Assembly (NCBI GenBank): GCA_965248835.1
Contig: CBDFLJ010000001.1
Location: 544,001 to 608,000 of the forward strand
Direction: 5' to 3'
Length of the DNA: 64,000 bases
DNA from: Alphaproteobacteria bacterium
Lineage (GTDB): Bacteria; Pseudomonadota; Alphaproteobacteria; MPNO01
The notes beneath the pieces were generated by a model. It did no database searches and was not told the origin of the DNA. It worked only from the letters and a program-made list of their open reading frames with translations. Below, one piece after another: positions 55,767 to 64,000 of this stretch (its first letter is position 1; the number at the start of each line of letters is the position of its first letter). The translations under genes were made by a program, and so were the position numbers.

Positions 55767-56963
55767 ATGAGCACATCGCAGTCCGCCGCGAATGAGCTCC
55801 TCGAGCGCGCCCAGGCGCTGGCCCCGATGTTGCGCGCGCGCCAGGACGAGATCGAGCGGCTCCGCCGGATCCCGACCGACATCATCGAGCGCCTCAAAGA
55901 GGACGGGCTCTACCGCGCGATGATGCCGCGCAGCCGCGGCGGCTACGAGATCGGGTTGGACGACTTCGTGCGAATCGGCGTGGAAATCGGCACCGGCTGC
56001 GCCTCGACCGGCTGGGTCTTTTGCACCGGCGCACAGCATCTGTGGCAGATCGGCATGTTCGACGCCGCCGCGCAGGACGAGGTCTGGGGGCGGGCGCGCT
56101 TGCCGCTGGCCGGGTCGTCCTACGCGCCCAGCGGCACCGCGGTCGCGGTCGAGGGCGGCTACCGCCTGAGCGGGCGCTGGATGTTCTGCAGCGGCATCGA
56201 CGCTTGCGACTGGATGATCCTTGGCGTACGGATCCTGCCCGCACCCGATGCCGAGCCGGTCGATCAGGGTTTCGCGCTGGTGCCGGCCGCGGACTACGCG
56301 ATCGAGGACAACTGGCATGTCGTCGGGCTCGAAGGCACCGGCAGCAAGAACGCGGTGCTCGATGAGGTCTTCGTGCCCCGCCACCGGGTCATGGGCCTGG
56401 AGGAGGCGACGATGGGCCGCCCGCCCGGCACGGCGGTCAACGACGGCGCGCTGTTCCGGATCCCGTTCTTTGCCGCGATCTCGATCGGGCTATGTGCGCC
56501 GGCGCTGGGCGCGGCGATGGGCGCGCTGGCCGACTACCGCGAGTCGATCGGCGTGCGCGTGACCCGCGGCCCGGCGACCAGCGCAGGCCGGGCGATGGCC
56601 GAGTTCCAGGCAATCCAGCTGCGCGTGGGCGAGGCGGCCGCACGCCTGGATTCGGCCCTGCTGCTGGTGCTGCGCGACTGCCGCGAGATCATGCAGACGA
56701 TCGGCGCGGGCGGCGCGCTCAGCCAGGCCAGCCGCGCGCGCAACAAGGGCGATCTGAGCTATGCGGTCAGATCGGCCGCGGGCGCGGTCGACTTGCTGTT
56801 CGAATCCGTCGGCGGCCAGGGGCTGTTCGACGACAACCGCATCCAGCGGGCGTGGCGCGACGTCCACGCCGCGGCCAAGCACATAAGCCTCGCCTGGGAT
56901 TCGACCGGGGCGATCTACGGCCGGACGCTTCTCGGCCTGTCGGCGGGCACGATCCAGATCTGA
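55767..56963 (+). CDS. Acyl-CoA-dehydrogenase-fold flavin-dependent monooxygenase (HsaA/C2-like)
   Basis: CASTGW, GRWMFCSG, WHVVGLEGTGS, QRAWRDVHAAAKH. Confidence 0.9.
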   Translation: MSTSQSAANELLERAQALAPMLRARQDEIERLRRIPTDIIERLKEDGLYRAMMPRSRGGYEIGLDDFVRIGVEIGTGCASTGWVFCTGAQHLWQIGMFDAAAQDEVWGRARLPLAGSSYAPSGTAVAVEGGYRLSGRWMFCSGIDACDWMILGVRILPAPDAEPVDQGFALVPAADYAIEDNWHVVGLEGTGSKNAVLDEVFVPRHRVMGLEEATMGRPPGTAVNDGALFRIPFFAAISIGLCAPALGAAMGALADYRESIGVRVTRGPATSAGRAMAEFQAIQLRVGEAAARLDSALLLVLRDCREIMQTIGAGGALSQASRARNKGDLSYAVRSAAGAVDLLFESVGGQGLFDDNRIQRAWRDVHAAAKHISLAWDSTGAIYGRTLLGLSAGTIQI

Positions 56964-56965
56964 GG

Positions 56966-58156
56966 TCAAACGACGCGGTCTGCCCGCAAGGCGCCGATCT
57001 CCGCCCCGCTGAACCCGAACTCGGCAAGAACGGCGTCGGTATCGGCGCCGTACTCGGGTGCCGGAGCCGGCCGATCGATGCTGGGCGTCCGGCTCAGCCG
57101 GACGGCCTGCCCGACGATTTCGATCCCGCCCAGCACGGGCGAGTCGACCGGCCGAGCAATGCCACTGTGCCGCACCTGGGGGTCGGCGAAAGTCTCATCG
57201 AGGGTGTAGATCGGCCCGGCCGGGATGCCCTGGGTATTGAGGTCGGCGATCCAGTCCGCGCCGGGGCGGGCGAGCGTGACCGCCTCGATCGCGGCGTTGA
57301 CCGCCTCGCGGTTGCGGTAGCGCGCCTCGAACGTGGCGAACTTCGGATCGTCGATCATCGCATCCAGCCCGAGCGCCCGGCAGAACCGCGCCCACATCGC
57401 CGGCATCGGCGCGATGTTGATATGGCCGTCGGCGGTCCGGAAGGCGCCGGTCGGCACGATGTTCGGGTGGTCGTTGCCGGCCTGGGGCGGCACTTCATGC
57501 GCGACCAGCCAGCGGGCGGCCTGGAAGTCCATCAGGAAGATCTGCGCCTCCAGCAGCGAGGTCTGGACCCACTGACCCCGTCCGGACGCCGTGCGCTCGA
57601 GCAACGCCAGCAGGATCCCGTTGGCAGCAAGCAGCCCTGCCGAGACGTCGGCGATCGCCGCGCCCGAGCGCATCGGCCCCTCGCCTGCCCGGCCGGTCGA
57701 GGCCATGTGCCCGCCCATTCCTTGCGCGATCTGGTCCAGGCACGGCCGGTCGCGGTAGGGGCCGTCCTGACCGAAGCCGGAAATACTGGCATAGACGATG
57801 CGCGCATTGCGCGCAGCCACGGTCTCGTAGTCGATCCCCAGCCGGTGCTTGACCGCCGGGCGGTAGTTCTCGATGACCACATCGGCCTCGGCGGCCATGC
57901 GGAGGAACGCGTCCCGCCCCGCCGGCGCTTTCAGGTCAAGTGTCATCGACCGCTTGTTGCGGTGGAGGTTCTGGAAGTCCGCGGCGTGGCGCCGGCCGAC
58001 ATCGCCGCCGTCCTGGCCGGGTGCTTCGATCTTGATCACATCGGCACCCCAATCGGCCATCTGGCGCGCCGCCGTCGGCCCGGCCCGCGCGCGGGTAAGA
58101 TCGAGCACCACCGTGCCCGCCAGGACCGAAACCCCGCCGCCGCCACGTTCCGCCAT
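56966..58156 (-). CDS. Class III CoA-transferase (CaiB/BaiF)
   Basis: RAGP, GADVIKIE, HRNKRS, ENYRP, SISGFGQDGP, DQIAQ. Confidence 0.93.
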   Translation of the reverse strand: MAERGGGGVSVLAGTVVLDLTRARAGPTAARQMADWGADVIKIEAPGQDGGDVGRRHAADFQNLHRNKRSMTLDLKAPAGRDAFLRMAAEADVVIENYRPAVKHRLGIDYETVAARNARIVYASISGFGQDGPYRDRPCLDQIAQGMGGHMASTGRAGEGPMRSGAAIADVSAGLLAANGILLALLERTASGRGQWVQTSLLEAQIFLMDFQAARWLVAHEVPPQAGNDHPNIVPTGAFRTADGHINIAPMPAMWARFCRALGLDAMIDDPKFATFEARYRNREAVNAAIEAVTLARPGADWIADLNTQGIPAGPIYTLDETFADPQVRHSGIARPVDSPVLGGIEIVGQAVRLSRTPSIDRPAPAPEYGADTDAVLAEFGFSGAEIGALRADRVV

Positions 58157-58247
58157 CGCCTGAGCCCTCCTTGCCGACCCGGCGATGATAGCGCAGACTT
58201 TCGCCGCTTGGCCTCACCAGGTCTCCGGAAAGGCGTCAGGGGGGAAG

Positions 58248-59492
58248 ATGGACCTGATCATTCGCAACGCGCGGCGGCTCGACCAGGACGGGCAGTGGGA
58301 TATCGGGATCGAGGGCGACCGGATCGCCGAGATTTCCCGGCGGATCGAGACCGCCGCGGCCGAAGAGATCGACGCCGCCGGCCGGCTTGCCGCACCGACC
58401 TATGTCAACGGCCATGTGCACCTGGACAAGTGCAATCTGGGCGACATCATGCGCCCCAACGAGACCAACAGCTTCCAGGAATGCCTGGAGATCACCTGGG
58501 AGCACAAGCGCAGCTACACGGTCGAGGACATTCTCGAGCGCGCCGGCCGGGCCATCGAAGAGGGCATCCTCAACGGAACGACCATCTTCCGGGTCTTCGC
58601 CGATGTCGATTCCATCGGCGGCCTGCGCCCGCTCGAGGGGATCATCGCGCTGCGCGAAAAATGGGCCGGCATCGTCACGATCCAGGCGGTGGATTTCCCG
58701 CAGGAAGCGATCCTCCGCGATCCCGGCACCTACGAGCTCATGGAGGAAGGGCTCCGGATGGGCGCCGACGTGGTCGGCGGCCTGCCGTGGCACGAGCATC
58801 TGGACGAGGATGCCAGGAGCCATATCGACCTGTGCTTCGATCTCGCCGGGAAGTACGACAAAGACATCCACATGCTGGTCGACGACACCGACAATCCCAA
58901 CAGCCGGTCGCTCGAATACCTCGCCGTGAAGACCATCCGCGAGGGTTTCCAGGGCCGTGTCTCGGCGAGCCATTGCGGGGCGCTCGCCGCCTATGACGAG
59001 GTGCATGCCCACAAGGTGATGAACCTGGTCCGCGATGCGGGCGTTTCGATCTCGTCGAACCCGCAGATCAGCCTGGTGGCGCAGGGCCGCTACGATCAGG
59101 CCAACATGCGCCGCGGCATCACGCGGACCAAGGATTTGTGGCGCATCGGCGTCAACGTGTTCACCTCCCAGGACGACGTCAACGATCCCTATTATCCCTT
59201 CGGCCGCAACGATCAGCAGGAGGTGGCCGCCCATGTCTGCCACGCCTGCCACATGACCTATCCGGACGAGATCCGCGCGGTGTTCGATTTCATCACCGCC
59301 AATCCGGCCAAGGCGCTGCGGCTGGAGGATTACGGTTTGGAAACCGGCCGCAAAGCCGACCTCAACGTGCTCTGCGCACCCACCATCCAGCACGTCTTCC
59401 GGCTGCAGCAGCCGCCGGCCTGGGTGATCAAGGACGGCAAGGTCCTGGCCAGGACCGAGATGACGCGCGCTCTCGACCGTGCGCCGTCGTGA
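58248..59492 (+). CDS. Cytosine/creatinine deaminase-like amidohydrolase
   Basis: HVHLDK, FPQE, VGGLP, SHC, QDDVNDPYYPFG. Confidence 0.9.
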   Translation: MDLIIRNARRLDQDGQWDIGIEGDRIAEISRRIETAAAEEIDAAGRLAAPTYVNGHVHLDKCNLGDIMRPNETNSFQECLEITWEHKRSYTVEDILERAGRAIEEGILNGTTIFRVFADVDSIGGLRPLEGIIALREKWAGIVTIQAVDFPQEAILRDPGTYELMEEGLRMGADVVGGLPWHEHLDEDARSHIDLCFDLAGKYDKDIHMLVDDTDNPNSRSLEYLAVKTIREGFQGRVSASHCGALAAYDEVHAHKVMNLVRDAGVSISSNPQISLVAQGRYDQANMRRGITRTKDLWRIGVNVFTSQDDVNDPYYPFGRNDQQEVAAHVCHACHMTYPDEIRAVFDFITANPAKALRLEDYGLETGRKADLNVLCAPTIQHVFRLQQPPAWVIKDGKVLARTEMTRALDRAPS

Positions 59493-59504
59493 CGCGCCCG
59501 CGCC

Positions 59505-60263
59505 TCAGATCGCGGTGTAGGCCGCATCGACGAAGTGGTCGGCGCCCGAGGTGAACGAGGACTCGTCGCTGGCGAGGAACAAGGCGGTCCGCGCGACTTC
59601 CTCGGGCCGGCCCAGCCGGTTCTGCAGCAAGCGCTCGCCGTGGCGCGCGATCACGCCTTCGATCGAGGGATTGCGCACCAGGAGCCGCGGCGTCTCGATC
59701 GGACCGGGCAGGATCGCGTTGGCGCGGATGTTGTCGACGGCATAATCGACCGCGATCGACTTGGCCAGCATCCGCACACCGCCCTTGGAGGCGTTGTAGG
59801 CCGGCCGCTCGTAAGCGCCGATATGGCCGTAGATCGAAGACACCAGCACCAGCGAGCCGCCGCGGTTCCTTTGCATGTGCGGGATGGCGTGCTTGGCGAC
59901 GATGAACATGCCGGTCAGGTTGACGTCGATCACCGCCTTCCAGGTCTCGACCGGCATATCGGCCAGGCGGTGGCGGGGTTCGGAATAGGCCGCGGCGTTG
60001 AAGACGGTGTCGAGCTTGCCGTAAGTTGCGACCGTCTCGGCCAGTGCCGCGGCCACCGCATCGGAATCGGTGACGTCGCAGACCCGGGCGAAGGCGCGCC
60101 CGCCGGCCGCCTCGATATCGGCCGCGGTCTGTATCACCTTGTCCTCGACGATGTCGATGCAGCAGACCGCCGCCCCTTCGGCCCCATAAAGCCGCGCCGT
60201 GGCGCCGGCGATCGCCCCGCCCGCCGCCGTCACGAAGGCGACCTTGCCGTCGAGCCGTCCCAT
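59505..60263 (-). CDS. Short-chain dehydrogenase/reductase
   Basis: RLDGKVAFVTAAGGAIA, FNAA, YNASKGG; TGATG coupling to the upstream gene. Confidence 0.9.
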   Translation of the reverse strand: MGRLDGKVAFVTAAGGAIAGATARLYGAEGAAVCCIDIVEDKVIQTAADIEAAGGRAFARVCDVTDSDAVAAALAETVATYGKLDTVFNAAAYSEPRHRLADMPVETWKAVIDVNLTGMFIVAKHAIPHMQRNRGGSLVLVSSIYGHIGAYERPAYNASKGGVRMLAKSIAVDYAVDNIRANAILPGPIETPRLLVRNPSIEGVIARHGERLLQNRLGRPEEVARTALFLASDESSFTSGADHFVDAAYTAI

Positions 60264-62545
60264 CAGTGTCCCCCTTCGGTGCCATGCAGGATCGCCAGAA
60301 GCCGGGCGGGCGTCACCGGAAGGCGCGTGATCGCGCCGGGCCGGCCGATCGCATCGTCGATCGCCGAGGCGATCGCCGCGCCGGCGGCGTTGATGCCGGC
60401 CTCGCCGGCGCCCTTGAGCCCCAACGGGTTGGTCCCCGACGGCGCATCCTCGCGGATCAGCGAATCGATCCGCGGCGTCTCCTCGACGCCGGGCAGCAGG
60501 TAGTCGGCGAAGTTCGTCGACAGGGGCTGGCCGGCGGAATCGTACAGGAACTCCTCGTAGAGCGCGCCGCCGACCCCCTGGGCGACGCCGCCGGTGATCT
60601 GGCCTTCGATCAGCATCGGGTTCACCGCCCGGCCGATGTCGAAGGCGACCGCGAAGCGCTCCAGCTCGACCCCGCCTGTCTCGACATCGACGGCGAGCAC
60701 GACCAGGTGGATGCCATAGGGGTAGGTCATGTGCTCGACCTCGAAGGTCGCTTCGGCGCCGGCCTTTGCCGTGCCCTTGTCCTGGGCGAGCGCCGCGGCG
60801 ATCGCGCCGATCGGGGCCGACGGCCCGTCGCGGCCCGCCCGGACCGTGCCGTCGGCCAACTCCAGGGTCTCGGCGGGGGATTGCAGCAGCCGTGCCGCGA
60901 CGCCGATCAGGTCGTCCTTCAGCGTGTTCGCGGCCATGTGGGTGGCGGTGCCGGTCATCACCGTGACCCGCGATGCGAATGCGCCCATCCCGCGATCGAT
61001 CCGGTCGGTCTGGCCGTGGGTGACGGTGATCGTCGCGTAGTCGATCCCCAGCACGTCGGCACAGATCTGGGCGATGACGGTCTCCACGCCCTGGCCGACG
61101 GATGCCACGCCGGTGATCACCTCGGCCCGGCCGTCCCCGTCGAGCTCGATGCGGACGTCGTCCCACGGCCCGAGCCCGCTTTTCTCGACGAAGCAGCCGA
61201 AACCGATGCCGACATGCTCGCCGGCCGCGCGCCGCGCCGCGACCCGGGCGCTCAGCCGGTCGTAGCCGACCTCTTCCAGCAACCGGTCGAAGAGGTCTTC
61301 GTAGAGCCCGGAATCGATCAGCACCGGGGTCTCCATCGCCTGGAAGTAGCGCGAATAGGGCATCGCCTCGGCCGGGATGAAGTTGCGCCGGCGCACCTCG
61401 ATGCGATCGATGCCGACCCGGTGGGCGATCGCGTCGAGCAGCCGCTCGCGCGCGAAGGTCGACTCGTAGCGCCCGGGAGCCCGGTATGTGCCGGCCGGCG
61501 TCTTGTTGGTCAGGCGGACATGGGCGCCGGCATGGAAGGCCGGGACCAGATAGGGCCCGGCGAGCATCGCGGTCGCGAGGTCGGTCACCGTCACCCCGTG
61601 GCTGCGAACGTAAGCGCCCTGGTCCGAATAGATGTCGTCCTCGAGACCCAGGATGAAGCCCCGCGGGTCGATGGCCGCGCGGATGCGGTGCACCTGGTCG
61701 CGTGAATGGTTCATGCTCAGGAGGTTTTCGCGCCGGTCCTCGATCCACTTGACCGGCCGGCCGAGGCGTCGGGCCGCGATGCAGACCAGCACGTCCTCGG
61801 GGTAGAGCTCGCCGCGCACGCCGAACCCGCCGCCGACATGGCCCTCGAACAGCTCCAGGTCGTGGCGGCCGAGCCCCAGCATGGCGGCGATCGCGCCGCG
61901 GTTGTAGTGCGGCACCTTGGCCGCGCCATGGAGCTCGATGCGGTCGCGGTCCGGGTCGTATCGGGCGATGGCGCCGCGGGTCTCCAGCGGCACGCCCGAA
62001 TGACGCCCGACGGCGAACTCGACCTCGATGATGTCGGAGGCCGCGGCGAAGGCGGCCTCGCGGTCGCCGTAATACTTCTCCACCAGCGCCGCTTCGGTGT
62101 CGAGGCCGGGGGCGAAGGCGGCGGGCGGCCCGGTGGCGCTCAAGCAGGGCGTGTCCTCGGCCACCGCGACCGTTACCGCTTCGGCGGCGTCTTCTGCCCG
62201 GTAGCGTTCCTCCGCGAAGACCAGCGCCACCGGCTCGCCGACATAGCGCACCACACCCTGGGCGAGGATCGGCTGGCGGTAGGGTTCGAGCCCGGCGAGA
62301 CGGGACAGGCGGAAATCGATCGGCGGGATGTCGGCGACTTCCGCGCCGGTCCACACTGCGACAACGCCCGGCATCGCCGCGGCCCGGCCGGTTTCGATCG
62401 CGGTGATGCGCCCGAACGCCACCGGGGCGCGCACCACTCGCATATGGACTTGATCGGCAAAGTTCACGTCATCGGCAAAGCGTCCCCGTCCGGTGAGCAA
62501 TGCACGGTCTTCGATGCGGGGAACGCTCCGGCCGATGACGCTCAT
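60263..62545 (-). CDS. Xanthine dehydrogenase/CoxL-family molybdopterin-binding large subunit
   Basis: GRSVPRIEDRALLTGRG, VGGGFGVRGE, TYRAPGR, GAFASR, KGAGEAG. Confidence 0.92.
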   Translation of the reverse strand: MSVIGRSVPRIEDRALLTGRGRFADDVNFADQVHMRVVRAPVAFGRITAIETGRAAAMPGVVAVWTGAEVADIPPIDFRLSRLAGLEPYRQPILAQGVVRYVGEPVALVFAEERYRAEDAAEAVTVAVAEDTPCLSATGPPAAFAPGLDTEAALVEKYYGDREAAFAAASDIIEVEFAVGRHSGVPLETRGAIARYDPDRDRIELHGAAKVPHYNRGAIAAMLGLGRHDLELFEGHVGGGFGVRGELYPEDVLVCIAARRLGRPVKWIEDRRENLLSMNHSRDQVHRIRAAIDPRGFILGLEDDIYSDQGAYVRSHGVTVTDLATAMLAGPYLVPAFHAGAHVRLTNKTPAGTYRAPGRYESTFARERLLDAIAHRVGIDRIEVRRRNFIPAEAMPYSRYFQAMETPVLIDSGLYEDLFDRLLEEVGYDRLSARVAARRAAGEHVGIGFGCFVEKSGLGPWDDVRIELDGDGRAEVITGVASVGQGVETVIAQICADVLGIDYATITVTHGQTDRIDRGMGAFASRVTVMTGTATHMAANTLKDDLIGVAARLLQSPAETLELADGTVRAGRDGPSAPIGAIAAALAQDKGTAKAGAEATFEVEHMTYPYGIHLVVLAVDVETGGVELERFAVAFDIGRAVNPMLIEGQITGGVAQGVGGALYEEFLYDSAGQPLSTNFADYLLPGVEETPRIDSLIREDAPSGTNPLGLKGAGEAGINAAGAAIASAIDDAIGRPGAITRLPVTPARLLAILHGTEGGH

Positions 62546-62673
62546 CGGCGCGGCAGTGGTTGCGCCGGGGGATAAAAACCGGTTCTCATGGCCGCTACGA
62601 TACCAAGCGGGCAACCGGCTGGCCAATCGAGCAAAGGGCAACGGGCCGGCGACAGCGACAGGAGGGGCACGCC

Positions 62674-63519
62674 ATGAAGATGGTCGATCTATCGCACATG
62701 ATGAACCTGCACACGCCGGGCTGGGTCGGCTATGCCGGCAACAAGATGTATTACGCCCAGAACCTGCAGACCAAAGCGATCGTGGCGCAGCGGATCGACA
62801 CCGCCCTTCATGTCGGCACCCACCTCGACGGCGCAATGCACGCCACCGATGCCAAGGGCGACATGGGCTCCTACGCGCTCGACTATCTGGTTGGCCAGGG
62901 CGCGGTGGTCGACGTCTCCGCCCATATGGAGGACTGGGCGGTCATCACGCCGGAGATGATGGAATCCGCCCCGGTCGAGATCAGGAACGGCGACATCCTG
63001 ATCATCCACACCGGCTATCACCGCTATTACGAAGGTCGGCCGCAGCAGGATCTGGTGCGCTATTTCTGCCTGCACCCCGGCGGCAGTCTCGCCCTGCTCC
63101 ATTGGATGCTGGACAAGAAGATCAAGTGGTTCGGCATCGACTGCGGCTCGGGCGATCATGCGATGAACACCTCGATCCGCCACATGCGCCCCGACCTCGC
63201 CGCCGAATTCGAGGCCCAGGTCGGCAAGACCTGCGGGGCGTTCTTCGGCGAATACACCTACACCCACAGCCTGTCGGGCCGGAAGGTCAAGTCCGACATC
63301 TTCCCCTTCCACTCCTACGCCTTCCAGGAGGGGCTGATCCACGCCGAAAACGTCGGCGGCGATATCGAGCTGATGCTCAACCAGCGCTGCGTGATCGGCG
63401 CCTTCCCGTGGCGCTACGAAGGGCTGGAGGCCTGCCCGTGCCGCATCGTCTGCTTCACCGATGTCGGCGAGGACATCGAAGCGATCGGCGGTGTCGCCCG
63501 GGCCGTCAAGGGCGCATAG
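62674..63519 (+). CDS. Cyclase family (kynurenine formamidase-like) metal hydrolase
   Basis: VDLSH, HVGTHLDG, GDILIIHTG, GID, HAEN, PCRIV; SD GGAGG. Confidence 0.88.
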   Translation: MKMVDLSHMMNLHTPGWVGYAGNKMYYAQNLQTKAIVAQRIDTALHVGTHLDGAMHATDAKGDMGSYALDYLVGQGAVVDVSAHMEDWAVITPEMMESAPVEIRNGDILIIHTGYHRYYEGRPQQDLVRYFCLHPGGSLALLHWMLDKKIKWFGIDCGSGDHAMNTSIRHMRPDLAAEFEAQVGKTCGAFFGEYTYTHSLSGRKVKSDIFPFHSYAFQEGLIHAENVGGDIELMLNQRCVIGAFPWRYEGLEACPCRIVCFTDVGEDIEAIGGVARAVKGA

Positions 63520-63577
63520 CACGACATCGGAGCCCCGGCCACCGCGACGCTGATCGGCTCGCCGGAAACCCGCCGGG

Positions 63578-64000
63578 CTATTCCGCCGCGGAGCGCAGCC
63601 CGCCGCCTTCGAGATGGGCGAGAACTTCTTCCAGGACCATCACGTCGGCATATTTGTGATGCATGTCGAACAGGTTGATCTTGTGCGACAGCTCGCTGCG
63701 GTCGAAGACGCATTCCTCGACGACGGTGACGTGATAGCCGGCCGAATAGGCATCGACGACCGAGGCCCGCACGCAGCCCGACGTGCTCTCGCCGCACACG
63801 ATCAGGCTGTTGACGTCGAGTTCGTTGAGACAGGCGGCCGTCGGCGTGCTGGCAAAGGCGCTCGCACGTTCCTTGCGGATGACGATATCGTCGTCCTCCG
63901 GGGCAAAGGCCTCGAAAATGTCATAGGCGGCCTCGTCGAGGTCGGCGATACCTTGGCGCTTGGTCGAGGCGACGCGCGCCTTCCTGAGCGAACTGGTCAC
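63578..64000 (-). CDS. Isochorismatase-family hydrolase, C-terminal part (5' end outside the window)
   Basis: KERASAF, GESTSGCVRASVVDAYS, NLFDMHHKYADV. Confidence 0.88.
   Translation of the reverse strand: MTSSLRKARVASTKRQGIADLDEAAYDIFEAFAPEDDDIVIRKERASAFASTPTAACLNELDVNSLIVCGESTSGCVRASVVDAYSAGYHVTVVEECVFDRSELSHKINLFDMHHKYADVMVLEEVLAHLEGGGLRSAAE

Noticed and set aside
59505-62354. 949-aa ORF
   Set aside because: Only the last 252 aa are an SDR; the rest is a shadow frame of the Mo-subunit gene
1-64000. CRISPR arrays, tRNA/rRNA, IS elements, prophage
   Set aside because: No regularly spaced repeats, RNA-gene signatures, transposase or phage motifs seen; intergenic gaps are short

Overview
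GC-rich chromosomal segment, most likely from an alphaproteobacterium (GTTC-N7-GTTC LexA boxes, imuA-imuB-dnaE2, hpnC/hpnD, TAXI-TRAP). About 58 CDS were found and no rRNA, tRNA, CRISPR array, transposase or phage gene. Left part: partial DUF4340-type gene, small metabolic genes, an AT-richer islet (frameshifted lipoprotein-serine protease plus TraT-like lipoprotein), the SOS mutagenesis cassette with a triple LexA box, a bacterial voltage-gated Na-type channel, an orphan lptD, and a broken-up hopanoid-precursor locus (hpnB-like remnant, hpnC, hpnD). From 22.6 kb onward the window is a dense set of catabolic operons of unknown substrate: a Rieske/SDR/cupin/ThDP/NadX operon with IclR operators, a TcuA-like/PrpD/TAXI operon, and a Rieske + heme-oxygenase-like diiron + Mo-hydroxylase + VOC + amidase cluster. 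The strongest hidden signal is a glutathione S-transferase with an in-frame TGA at the catalytic Cys position (U-P-W-V-Q-R) followed by a SECIS-like hairpin. It is a probable selenoprotein that the ORF track truncates. All calls are from reading motifs by eye; no database searches were run.
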